A DNA stretch of 64,000 nucleotides from a virus, in IMG/VR virus record IMGVR_UViG_3300029787_004704, positions 1-64,000 of that record. The stretch is one strand, 5' to 3'. This document shows positions 47,100-55,794 of this stretch, piece after piece (position 1 is the first letter of the stretch; the number at the start of each line of letters is the position of its first letter). A program made the position numbers and the translations under genes. The notes beneath the pieces are model-generated. The model did not search any database. It worked only from the letters and a program-made list of their open reading frames with translations, and was not told the origin of the DNA.

Positions 47100-47434
47100 A
47101 GTTGTGCAAGGCAATCAAGGCACTTCAAAAAAATCTTAGGCAACATAACGTCTCCGAACACAGCGAACTACTCTGTAACAACAGCGGCGAATCGCTTGAC
47201 GTCCAATATTCATACGGTATCTACGTTTACCACCGCGTAGTATAAAAAAAGCGAGACCATAGGTTGGTATAATCCTCCGTTGCAACAATGTCTCTGGATG
47301 CTTGGCTGTGCGACTCACATCAAGAAAAACATTCACCTGGCAACAGGTGGATACTGACTTAACAATCTACATCAAGCAACGGCATTATAAAATGCTCGAG
47401 TGCAAACGAAGAGCGATTGACGTAGTCAATCTTT
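47100..47434 (+). ncRNA. candidate structured non-coding RNA (unassigned)
   Basis: TATAAT at 47092-47097; several hairpins including a GCAA tetraloop, long-range complementarities and a terminal hairpin. Confidence 0.5.
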
Positions 47435-47660
47435 ACTTGTTGTCCACTTTGTGAGCATCATAGTCATGCATGAAATCATTTAATGTTATGTCCGCACGTC
47501 TTAGATCAGTGTGTTTTTCAAAAAAGTCAAACAGCAAATTAGCACACTCTTTGGGAGAATGTGTCATCAGCATCTTTTGTAGGACGTAGTTGGTTTTGTT
47601 TCTGCGTTGTTCAGTGTTCAACACCGCATGTTTGGGAACAGGAGCAAAGTTGTTCTTCAT
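47433..47660 (-). CDS. hypothetical protein
   Basis: 75-aa ORF converging on the structured element. Confidence 0.5.
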   Translation of the reverse strand: MKNNFAPVPKHAVLNTEQRRNKTNYVLQKMLMTHSPKECANLLFDFFEKHTDLRRADITLNDFMHDYDAHKVDNK

Positions 47661-47702
47661 AGTAGTAGCTATATTAACTGTGTTCCCTATTAAGTTATAG
47701 TA

Positions 47703-48143
47703 TTAAAATTTTATTTTCTGCTTGGCAAACTGTTTGCCAAAACCACCGCCTTTTAGACCCTTTTTCTTGAACTCTTTTTCTTTGGCGTTTATCTGGTCAA
47801 TCATTTGTGCTATTAGTCCACGCACATATTTTGAATTAGGCTTGCCCCCTTGCACAATTTTGTCTGGTTCAACATTTAAGCCAAAACTTTTGATACCTGC
47901 TTTTTTAGCCACTCCTTCGGCCCAATCAGCAAAAAATGGAGCTATTGCTAGGTCTGGATTGTCGTTCAATGCTTTGTTTAATTTAGAGTTAAGATCGTTC
48001 AGCATGGTTTCCATGTCTTGTAGTTTTGCTGTAAGTGGAATAGGGCCTTTTAGCGAATCTGCGGCTTGCCCAATGCCTTGTGCGGCAGTGCCTAACGCGG
48101 CACCAACTTTGGGGTCATATTCAAATAGGTCTAAAAGTTTCAT
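47703..48143 (-). CDS. late protein, possible internal head protein
   Basis: TATAAATA (48149-48156) 5 nt before ATG; N-terminus MKLLDLFE. Confidence 0.6.
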   Translation of the reverse strand: MKLLDLFEYDPKVGAALGTAAQGIGQAADSLKGPIPLTAKLQDMETMLNDLNSKLNKALNDNPDLAIAPFFADWAEGVAKKAGIKSFGLNVEPDKIVQGGKPNSKYVRGLIAQMIDQINAKEKEFKKKGLKGGGFGKQFAKQKIKF

Positions 48144-48151
48144 ATCAATAT

Positions 48152-48382
48152 TTATAGTAAAGGCAGTTTAGTGTTCTTTGTGTTCTCTATGTTCTGTTTT
48201 ACAAGTTCAGCCATCATGGATCTGTCTTCAGGCCCTAGCAAAAATGCTGTGTTGTAATCCAACGACCCACGCATGTACCAACACAATTTAATAAGTTCAT
48301 CCTTTAAATTTTTGTTTGTGTTTTCAAGTTCTTTAAAATATTCTTCAAGTTCAGAAGGCGAGAGAGTTAGGATCTTGATACG
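48152..48382 (-). CDS. gp51-like segment, predicted -1 frameshift extension of the gp26-like gene (76 aa)
   Basis: open frame RIKILTLSPSELEEY...LCWYMRGSLDY...EDR..M...VKQNIE...LPLL; opens 2 codons before T-TTT-TTC. Confidence 0.65.
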   Translation of the reverse strand, partial: RIKILTLSPSELEEYFKELENTNKNLKDELIKLCWYMRGSLDYNTAFLLGPEDRSMMAELVKQNIENTKNTKLPLL

Positions 48383-49230
48383 AAAAAATTGGAGTTATCC
48401 ATTGATATAGGAGCGTCAAACGACGCTGGAGCACCTTTTTCTATTTGTTCCTTTGTTGGTGTAATAGTAATAGGTTTAATTCTGCCTAAATCTTTTTGTA
48501 CATCTAATCTTTTTTTAATTTTGTCGGCAGTGGCACCATCCATGTTGTCCACAAATTCTTCAATGTAAACACGATCAGTGATAGTTTGTCCATCAGCTGT
48601 GACCTCCAAAATAGATTCTTTCATGTTAGCCAAAGTTAAGTTGGTCATATGGCCAAATATTTCAGCAAATTTTTCCTGTTTTTGTGATGCATTTAATTCA
48701 TTGGTATCAATGACTTGTGTTATAATTCTTTGTTGTTCAAAGGTGCGTAATTGTAAGTTTGTGAGTTGACGATAACTCATTGGCTTTATTTTGAAAGACA
48801 CTTTGTCTGCAGGCACATATCCATCAAATGGTGTCTTGTCAATTTTATCTCCTGCTGTACGCAAATCAACATTGTAGACTACTTTGTCTTCTGTGTTGGG
48901 AATAGTCACATTGATATCCATCATGTGGCCATAAGTTGCAATACGTATAGCAATCATTATGGAGTCTAAATCTAACACCGGCATCATCCATGGATCTTTG
49001 ATTCCTGGCACACATGAACGTATGACATTTATTGTTGATTCTCCGTTTAACAGTGCGTCTGGTGTATTCATGGTCATTTCATCTTTAGCAGTCATAGGAT
49101 ATACTGCAAGTTCTTTTTCGTTGTCAAATACTAAAGCTCCTTCAGGATACCAATCACCATTAGATGGCAGAGTTGTGTATATTGCTGGTTGCCTAAAGAA
49201 CTTTGCTAAAGGGTTTTGTGAAGTTGTCAT
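48367..49230 (-). CDS. baseplate hub assembly protein (T4 gp26-like)
   Basis: NPL..FFRQP.IY..LPS.G..Y, MTAKDE, DLD.I.IAIR.ATYG, C-terminal NFF. Confidence 0.75.
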   Translation of the reverse strand: MTTSQNPLAKFFRQPAIYTTLPSNGDWYPEGALVFDNEKELAVYPMTAKDEMTMNTPDALLNGESTINVIRSCVPGIKDPWMMPVLDLDSIMIAIRIATYGHMMDINVTIPNTEDKVVYNVDLRTAGDKIDKTPFDGYVPADKVSFKIKPMSYRQLTNLQLRTFEQQRIITQVIDTNELNASQKQEKFAEIFGHMTNLTLANMKESILEVTADGQTITDRVYIEEFVDNMDGATADKIKKRLDVQKDLGRIKPITITPTKEQIEKGAPASFDAPISMDNSNFFVSRS

Positions 49231-49243
49231 AATTTATAGTCCA

Positions 49244-49268
49244 TAAATACTTACTATAACAATATTTA
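49244..49268. promoter_or_regulatory. pair of oppositely oriented late promoters
   Basis: TAAATA on + (49244-49249) and on - (49263-49268) between the divergent gp26-like and tape-measure-like genes. Confidence 0.55.
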
Positions 49269-49280
49269 TGTACGTATAAA

Positions 49281-51290
49281 ATGGCTAGTTTTAAAGAGGT
49301 TGATATAGAAGGTGTTCAGGTAAAGGTTCCTCAAGATGGTTTTGCATCTGAAGAAACTCTACAAGAATTGGTAAAAGCACTGGGTGGGCGTAGTGCCGCC
49401 AGTGGTGGTACCGGTGGAGCCAAAGCACTGGCCGGAGCCACAAAAGGAGCAGGCAAAGACGTAAAAGCATTTGGTAAATCTTTGTTCAAAATGAATCCTG
49501 CCCTTAATGCCTTGGAAACAGGATTTAATCTGTTGGGATCTGCTATCACAGGGGCAACTGGTTTAGTAAAGTCAATGGCAACAGCCGATGGTTCGTTTCA
49601 ATCTCTAGGTGCTGTGGTAGATTTTTCAACTGCCCAAATCACAAAATTTACTAATATGATTCCTATATTTGGAGGATTTTTTACAGCCGTGGCAGAATCT
49701 TCGGCCGAGATGGTGAAACTTAAATTGGCATTTATGGATCTCCAAAGAGACACATTCCAGGGTCTGTCTGAAGCAGGTTTTAGATTGAATGGAAATTTAG
49801 GTGATACCTTAACCACAGTTTTAGCGGCGAATATCAGTTTGGATCAGTTTGGAAATATAGTTGGTGAAAACACTGATGGTTTGAGAATATTTGGTGGTAC
49901 AATTAATAATGCCGCAGACCAATTTGCAAACAGATTAGGAAGGCTAACTGATCAAGGATCAGATGTGGGTATGGGATTGCGTCTGCTAGGATTAAATTCA
50001 ACAGCTATTGCTGAAGAATTTGCCGACTTTGTTACAACAAACAGATTGAATGCATCTTTAATGACTGGCAATGAACGGCAGTTGAATGATCAGTTGCTTA
50101 AACGTACTAAGAATGAAAGAATAATAACTGAATTGTCTGGCAAGAGCATCAAAGAACAACGTGCGGCACAAATGGCAGCTGTGGCTGATTCTGCCTTCCA
50201 GGCCGCTTTGGTAGGCATGGGAGAACAGGGAGCAGAATTGACCACATTTGTGGCAGGATTGCCAGGACCAATAGGTGATGCTGTGAAACAGATTATTGCA
50301 TTCGGCACAGTGACTGATGAACAGTCAGCAAGACTGATAGCAACTATACCAGGGTTAAGAGAAACTCTTGAAAATAATATTGAAGGCATCAAAAGCGGAA
50401 ATATAAGTTCAAGCAAAGCAGTGGCAGACACAATCCAATTGGGGCAGAATGCAATTGAAGACGGCAACGGTTTGTTCTTGGCAAAAATATCCATGATTGA
50501 TCCTGCCTTTGCCGCAGTTGCTGATTTTATCATGCAAGGAAGAGCGTCGGCAATACAACTTGAAAATATCAACGATGTGTTAGGTACTTCGTTCACTGAG
50601 CTTGGTCAGGCACAAGAAGAGTTTAATGCACAACATGATGAACAACTTAAGATAGCAGAGGATCTAGCCAAACAGGGCAAATTGAACGAAGAAAATCTTA
50701 GAGCGGCAGGCATGGATGATAAAACGATCGGTATATTGTTAAATGCTGTAAAAGTAGAAGATGCTGTGGGGACGTTCCAAGCAGGATTATTCCAAACAAC
50801 AAATAATCTTGGTCTGTTGGATGACGGAATTACTGGATTGATTGATACTTTAAACAAGATGCTTAGAATGATTGATCCTAATTACGTAAACCCTAACGAA
50901 TTAGCCAGACGAACAAAGGAAGTGGCAGAAAAGGGCGGAGATCAATTATTTGATCCGCTACCAGGTATGGTGTCACCTCTAGAAACAGATTTTAGAAAAG
51001 CAAGATTTGGAGGAGACATACAACAGCAAACAGAGGCATTGGTCGCTGAGGTAGGAATAAAGACAGTTGAGGCCGCAGTACAAGGCGGAAGTATGAACGC
51101 TGACGAGGTTAGGGAGTACAAGGATAATATGAAGGTCTTTGACCGTGAGTATGATGAGGATGGCAAGGTTATAACAAACGGATCTGGACCAAACATGCAA
51201 ACAACTAATGACATATTGATTGATATCAATAAAAATATCAAAAAAAACAATACAGAAATCCACGGAGGCCTACTAAACACCAAGAATTAA
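49281..51290 (+). CDS. tape-measure/baseplate hub-like protein
   Basis: long Ala/Gly-rich helical protein (ASEETL..L N-terminus) between the gp26-like gene and portal. Confidence 0.6.
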   Translation: MASFKEVDIEGVQVKVPQDGFASEETLQELVKALGGRSAASGGTGGAKALAGATKGAGKDVKAFGKSLFKMNPALNALETGFNLLGSAITGATGLVKSMATADGSFQSLGAVVDFSTAQITKFTNMIPIFGGFFTAVAESSAEMVKLKLAFMDLQRDTFQGLSEAGFRLNGNLGDTLTTVLAANISLDQFGNIVGENTDGLRIFGGTINNAADQFANRLGRLTDQGSDVGMGLRLLGLNSTAIAEEFADFVTTNRLNASLMTGNERQLNDQLLKRTKNERIITELSGKSIKEQRAAQMAAVADSAFQAALVGMGEQGAELTTFVAGLPGPIGDAVKQIIAFGTVTDEQSARLIATIPGLRETLENNIEGIKSGNISSSKAVADTIQLGQNAIEDGNGLFLAKISMIDPAFAAVADFIMQGRASAIQLENINDVLGTSFTELGQAQEEFNAQHDEQLKIAEDLAKQGKLNEENLRAAGMDDKTIGILLNAVKVEDAVGTFQAGLFQTTNNLGLLDDGITGLIDTLNKMLRMIDPNYVNPNELARRTKEVAEKGGDQLFDPLPGMVSPLETDFRKARFGGDIQQQTEALVAEVGIKTVEAAVQGGSMNADEVREYKDNMKVFDREYDEDGKVITNGSGPNMQTTNDILIDINKNIKKNNTEIHGGLLNTKN

Positions 51291-51299
51291 ATTAAATAG

Positions 51300-51328
51300 T
51301 TGCAATTAGGAGCAAACTAAGGTATAAT
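51300..51328 (+). promoter_or_regulatory. sigma70-type promoter upstream of portal
   Basis: TTGCAA-17-TATAAT, 7 nt before ATG; TAAATA also at 51293-51298. Confidence 0.6.
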
Positions 51329-51335
51329 ACAACAT

Positions 51336-53051
51336 ATGGCATGGAAAAAATATTTTAATCTTGTACAACCAGACGGTTCAATGTCGCCAGTAAGTGGCAC
51401 CAATACTGCCAATGGTGGTGCAATGATGGGCAAGAGAAACTACACTTCATATCTACCAGAAGTGTACACAGGACATCCAAACAGACAAGAACGTTACTAT
51501 CAATATGATTCAATGGATCAAGATTCAGAAGTAAATGCGGCATTGGATATCATTGCAGAATTCTGCACACAGAATAACGAAAAAACAAAAACACCTTTCA
51601 CTATACAGTACAAAACAGAGCCAACAGAATCAGAAGCAATGATTTTGAATGATGCAATCAAGCAATTCACATCATTGAATGATTGGAGCAGAAGAATGTT
51701 CCGTATGTTCCGAAACACATTAAAGTATGGTGATTCATTTTTTATTAGAGATCCTGAAACACAACAATTGATTCATGTGGCGGCTACAAAATGTGAAAAA
51801 ATTATTGTGAATGAATCCAAAGGCAAAACACCTGAACAGTATGTGTTCAAAGATTTAAACTTAAATCTAGAATCATTGTCAGCATCGCAAGTAGCGGCCA
51901 ATGTAACATATTCTTCACCGGGTGCTTCTGCTATTATTGATCAAGGATATGGCAAGTCAGGTGGAGCATATTCAGGACCAGGCACATATGGCACAGGCGG
52001 TTCAGGCAGATTCGAAAGCACACAGAATCAATATGCAATTGATGCCAATCATGTTACTCATATGAGCATGTCAGAAGGACTTGATGCAAACTTCCCATTT
52101 GGTACATCCATACTGGAAACTGTGTTCAAAACATTCAAGCAGAAAGAAATGCTGGAAGATGCTATCATCATATACAGAGTACACAGAGCACCTGAACGTA
52201 GAGTGTTTTATATTGATGTAGGCAACATGCCAACACATATGGCCATGGGTTTTGTTGAAAGAGTCAAAAATGAAATTCACCAAAGACGTATTCCATCTGT
52301 GAGCGGTGGACAGAATTCAGTGGATGCAACATACAATCCGTTAAGCATAAACGAAGATTATTTCTTCCCACAAACAGCAGAAGGTAGAGGCTCTAAAGTG
52401 GAAACATTGCCAGGTGGCACAAACCTAGGTGAAATTGATGACTTAAGATACTTTACTAATAAACTGTATCGTGCTTTGAGGATTCCAAGTGCTTATTTGC
52501 CCACAGGCCCAGATGATGGTGCCAACCCACAATACTCAGATGGTAGAGTAGGCACAGCATATATTCAAGAATTAAGATTCAACAAGTATTGTGAAAGATT
52601 GCAGGACATTGTTATTCCGCCAATCAATCATGAGTTCAAGTTGTTCCTTAAACAAAGAGGCATTAACATAGACACATCATTGTTTGATGTAAAACTTACA
52701 CCACCACAAAACTTTGCCGCATACAGACAGATTGAACTAGACAATCAACGTGTACAAGCATTCACACAGATAGAGCAAGTACCATATTTGAGTAAAAGAT
52801 TTGCTTTACAAAGATTCTTAGGATTGAGTGAACAAGAACTTGCTAAAAATATGGAGATGTGGGCAGAAGAAAAAGGCGAATCAATGGACAATGCTGTCAA
52901 AGGTGAAGATCTACGTAATGTAGGAGTCACTGGCGGCGATCTTAACACAGACATATCAGATCAAACTCAACCCGATGAAGCACCAGAAGGTCCAGGACCA
53001 GGCGAAGAAGGTGGCGAACTCGAAGCTGGCGATGATGATATTGAGATCTAG
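51336..53051 (+). CDS. 20: portal vertex protein (T4 gp20-like)
   Basis: LEDAIIIYRVHRAPERRVFYIDVGNMP, EDYFFP...GRGSKVETLPGG.NLGEIDD. Confidence 0.95.
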   Translation: MAWKKYFNLVQPDGSMSPVSGTNTANGGAMMGKRNYTSYLPEVYTGHPNRQERYYQYDSMDQDSEVNAALDIIAEFCTQNNEKTKTPFTIQYKTEPTESEAMILNDAIKQFTSLNDWSRRMFRMFRNTLKYGDSFFIRDPETQQLIHVAATKCEKIIVNESKGKTPEQYVFKDLNLNLESLSASQVAANVTYSSPGASAIIDQGYGKSGGAYSGPGTYGTGGSGRFESTQNQYAIDANHVTHMSMSEGLDANFPFGTSILETVFKTFKQKEMLEDAIIIYRVHRAPERRVFYIDVGNMPTHMAMGFVERVKNEIHQRRIPSVSGGQNSVDATYNPLSINEDYFFPQTAEGRGSKVETLPGGTNLGEIDDLRYFTNKLYRALRIPSAYLPTGPDDGANPQYSDGRVGTAYIQELRFNKYCERLQDIVIPPINHEFKLFLKQRGINIDTSLFDVKLTPPQNFAAYRQIELDNQRVQAFTQIEQVPYLSKRFALQRFLGLSEQELAKNMEMWAEEKGESMDNAVKGEDLRNVGVTGGDLNTDISDQTQPDEAPEGPGPGEEGGELEAGDDDIEI

Positions 53052-53063
53052 GTAAATACTGTC

Positions 53064-53291
53064 ATGCAACTATTTGAGTTTTTTACAGAATTAGATCAAG
53101 ACAGATACAACAGCGATATGGACATCACTGTGTACGAAAAGAGCGATACAAGAAAATCTAAACTCACACTAGAAATGTTAAATCAACTTAGACATCACAT
53201 GCAGTCACGCAGACAAGAAAAAGTCAAAGCAATGGAACTGTATCAAAAAATGTACGGTGGCTCAGTTGGCGACTCAGCTGAAGTAGCCTAG
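53064..53291 (+). CDS. small head-module protein
   Basis: TAAATA 5 nt before ATG; DTRKSKLTL..LN.LR...MYG. Confidence 0.7.
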   Translation: MQLFEFFTELDQDRYNSDMDITVYEKSDTRKSKLTLEMLNQLRHHMQSRRQEKVKAMELYQKMYGGSVGDSAEVA

Positions 53292-53310
53292 TACTAATTA
53301 ATCTACATCA

Positions 53311-54171
53311 ATGGCAGGAAGAAGAGCACAGTGGAGACTCGCATCAGCACAAGCGGCTGTTCGTGGAGAAAAAACAGTATCCTTGTATGGCAAGACAGGT
53401 GAAATATCTGCATGGCTCAATCCTGAACAACTTAAAGACCCTAAAAAAACTCTTGCAGAACTTGAAAAAATTACAAAAAAATCTCACAAAGCAGAGATAC
53501 CAAAATCAGAACCTATACCACCCAAAGACACTGCATACAAACCAGACGGTGAAGTGTGTTTCCTAATAGCCAACGGTGAATCAAGACGTGCATTTGATCT
53601 GAACAAACTTAAAGGCAAAGGATACATTGTAGGAATGAATGTGTTGCCTGTGGTAGAAGATTTTTGGCCTGACATGTTGGTCAGTGTGGATATTGCTACG
53701 GTCAAATGGTTGAGTGAAAAAGATGTGCCAGCAAAACTTGAACATTGGAGTTATCCGCGAGGCGGAGTAAAAGATCCTAGGATCAAAAGAATAGCAAAAG
53801 ACTGGGGTTGGTCATCAGGCCCAACAGCAACAAGAATAGCACTTGAATACAAACGGTTTAAAACACTGTACATCCTAGGCATGGATTTTTTCGGCATAAC
53901 TGCTACAGGCGAAGTTGATGAGAAAAAAGGCGACAAATTAAACAACATGTACAAAGGACAAGAAAGATACCGCAAAGCCAACTCAAGCAGAACCTATTTT
54001 GGCAACTGGCAGAATCAAATGGAAACTAACACCAAGAATCATCCTGATGCTAAATTTTACCATGTAGTGCTGGATAATCAAAAATCACCCAATAAACTAG
54101 CACAAAAGTCCAATTGGATAGACATAAATTATAGTATATTTGAAGAACATCTTCAAAAAATGTCAAAATGA
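53311..54171 (+). CDS. Maf/DUF115-like putative glycosyltransferase within the head module
   Basis: IANGESR..FDL, GMN, PD.LVSVD, WSSGPTA, ILGMDF, NNMYKG...Y. Confidence 0.65.
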   Translation: MAGRRAQWRLASAQAAVRGEKTVSLYGKTGEISAWLNPEQLKDPKKTLAELEKITKKSHKAEIPKSEPIPPKDTAYKPDGEVCFLIANGESRRAFDLNKLKGKGYIVGMNVLPVVEDFWPDMLVSVDIATVKWLSEKDVPAKLEHWSYPRGGVKDPRIKRIAKDWGWSSGPTATRIALEYKRFKTLYILGMDFFGITATGEVDEKKGDKLNNMYKGQERYRKANSSRTYFGNWQNQMETNTKNHPDAKFYHVVLDNQKSPNKLAQKSNWIDINYSIFEEHLQKMSK

Positions 54172-54242
54172 GCCTCTTAAAAAGGTCTTAACTCCTTGCA
54201 ACCTTAAATACAACACCTAACAACCAACCAAAGGAGACAATC

Positions 54243-55148
54243 ATGTCTAAATTTGAAAAACTCCTGGACTTGCTTGTGAATGAGCAAAAGGATGAAGCTG
54301 AAAAAGTATTTCATGAAATAGTTGTCGAAAAATCAAGACAAATTTATGAAGGCATCCTTGCTGACGAAGAAGCAACAGAGGACACAGCTAAAGACGCTGA
54401 AGAAGTTGAAGAAGCATCGGACAAAGATGAAGATGCCGAAACTGAAGCAGTAGACGAAGCAAAAAAAGATGATGACGACGAAGACGATAAAGATAAAGAA
54501 GAAGTTGATGAAACTTCTGATGAAGAAGTCGACGAAGCATCTGAAGAAACTATCGAAGAAATTGGCGGAGACGCTACAGACGATTTAATATCAGATATCG
54601 AAGCAGAAGCAGAAGGCGACGACATGGCTGACATGGGAGATGAAAATGGCGACATGGACATGGACGGTGACGGCGATGCAGATCCTGAAGCAGAAGAAAT
54701 GTTCGAACCATTAGAAAAAGAACTTGACGCTCTAAAAGCCGAGTTTGCTAAAATGATGGACAGCGACGAAGAAGGTGAAGCTGAAGAATCAGTAAATCCT
54801 TTCGAAGACGCAGAACCAAAAGATGCTGATACTATTGTTAAAGAATATGCAAACATGGTTAAAGACGGACACGGTGCAGAGAAAAAAGGCTCTGAATCAG
54901 GTGCGGATAATAAAAAATCAGTGGTTGCTAAGAAAAACAAACCAATGAATAATGCATCTCCAGTAAAAATGGACCAAGGCGGCGAAGAAAAAGGCGGCGT
55001 TGGAAAAGCACTTACAGGTGACACAGCGAAACCTATGGGCGGATCTTATAAAAATGCAGGTGGAATTAATAAAGTTTCAACTGAAAAAACTCCAGCACCA
55101 CAGAACGACACTGGATCAACTGACAAGTCACCAGTTGCTACAAAGTAA
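54243..55148 (+). CDS. highly acidic prohead core/scaffold protein
   Basis: FHEIVVEKSR.IYE, E/D-rich, between portal and protease; AAGGAGA RBS. Confidence 0.75.
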   Translation: MSKFEKLLDLLVNEQKDEAEKVFHEIVVEKSRQIYEGILADEEATEDTAKDAEEVEEASDKDEDAETEAVDEAKKDDDDEDDKDKEEVDETSDEEVDEASEETIEEIGGDATDDLISDIEAEAEGDDMADMGDENGDMDMDGDGDADPEAEEMFEPLEKELDALKAEFAKMMDSDEEGEAEESVNPFEDAEPKDADTIVKEYANMVKDGHGAEKKGSESGADNKKSVVAKKNKPMNNASPVKMDQGGEEKGGVGKALTGDTAKPMGGSYKNAGGINKVSTEKTPAPQNDTGSTDKSPVATK

Positions 55149-55160
55149 GGAAATAGGATA

Positions 55161-55784
55161 ATGCAAGTACTATCGGAACGATTAACATTTGATCAAGCAC
55201 AAGTTGTGGTTGAATCAAGTAACGAAGGTAAGGACTTGTACATGAAAGGCATTTGCATTCAAGGTAACGTTAAAAATGCAAACCAAAGAGTGTATCCTAC
55301 TTCGGAAATTAGTAAAGCAGTACAAAAAGTATCCGAACAAGTTGCCGGGGGCTCAAGTGTCCTCGGCGAGGTTGACCATCCAGAAGATCTCAAAATCAAT
55401 TTAGATAGAGTATCTCACATGATTACAAGCATGTGGATGGAAGGCCATAACGGATATGGAAAATTAAAGATTCTCCCAACACCAATGGGAAAATTAGTAG
55501 AAACAATGTTACAATCAGGCGTAAAATTAGGCGTATCATCCAGAGGATCAGGCAACGTAGACGAGGCATCAGGGAACGTATCAGAATTTGATATTATTAC
55601 CGTGGATGTTGTGGCTCAACCATCGGCTCCCAATGCTTACCCAACTCCAATTTATGAAGGTCTCCTTAATATGAGACACGGTCATAAACTAATGGGAATT
55701 GCGAAAGCGGCAAGAGAAGACAGTAGAGTTCAAAAACATCTAAAAGAAGGAGTGATCCAATTAATAAAGGATCTTAAACTATAA
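55161..55784 (+). CDS. 21: prohead core protease (T4 gp21-like)
   Basis: NANQRVYP, GEVDHP, VSH, LGVSSRGSG, DVVAQPSAP.A. Confidence 0.95.
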   Translation: MQVLSERLTFDQAQVVVESSNEGKDLYMKGICIQGNVKNANQRVYPTSEISKAVQKVSEQVAGGSSVLGEVDHPEDLKINLDRVSHMITSMWMEGHNGYGKLKILPTPMGKLVETMLQSGVKLGVSSRGSGNVDEASGNVSEFDIITVDVVAQPSAPNAYPTPIYEGLLNMRHGHKLMGIAKAAREDSRVQKHLKEGVIQLIKDLKL

Positions 55785-55794
55785 GGAGAAAATT

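Noticed and set aside
47250-47296. Resemblance of GAGACCAT/ATGTCTC to a group I intron P7
   Set aside because: No interrupted gene and no convincing P3-P6 consensus; needs a covariance-model search.
47136-47336. 66-aa minus-strand ORF within the structured element
   Set aside because: No RBS or recognisable motif, Arg/Cys-rich composition typical of spurious ORFs; base-pairing explains the region better.
54344-55024. 226-aa Ser-rich minus-strand ORF
   Set aside because: Mirror of the Glu/Asp codons of the prohead core gene.
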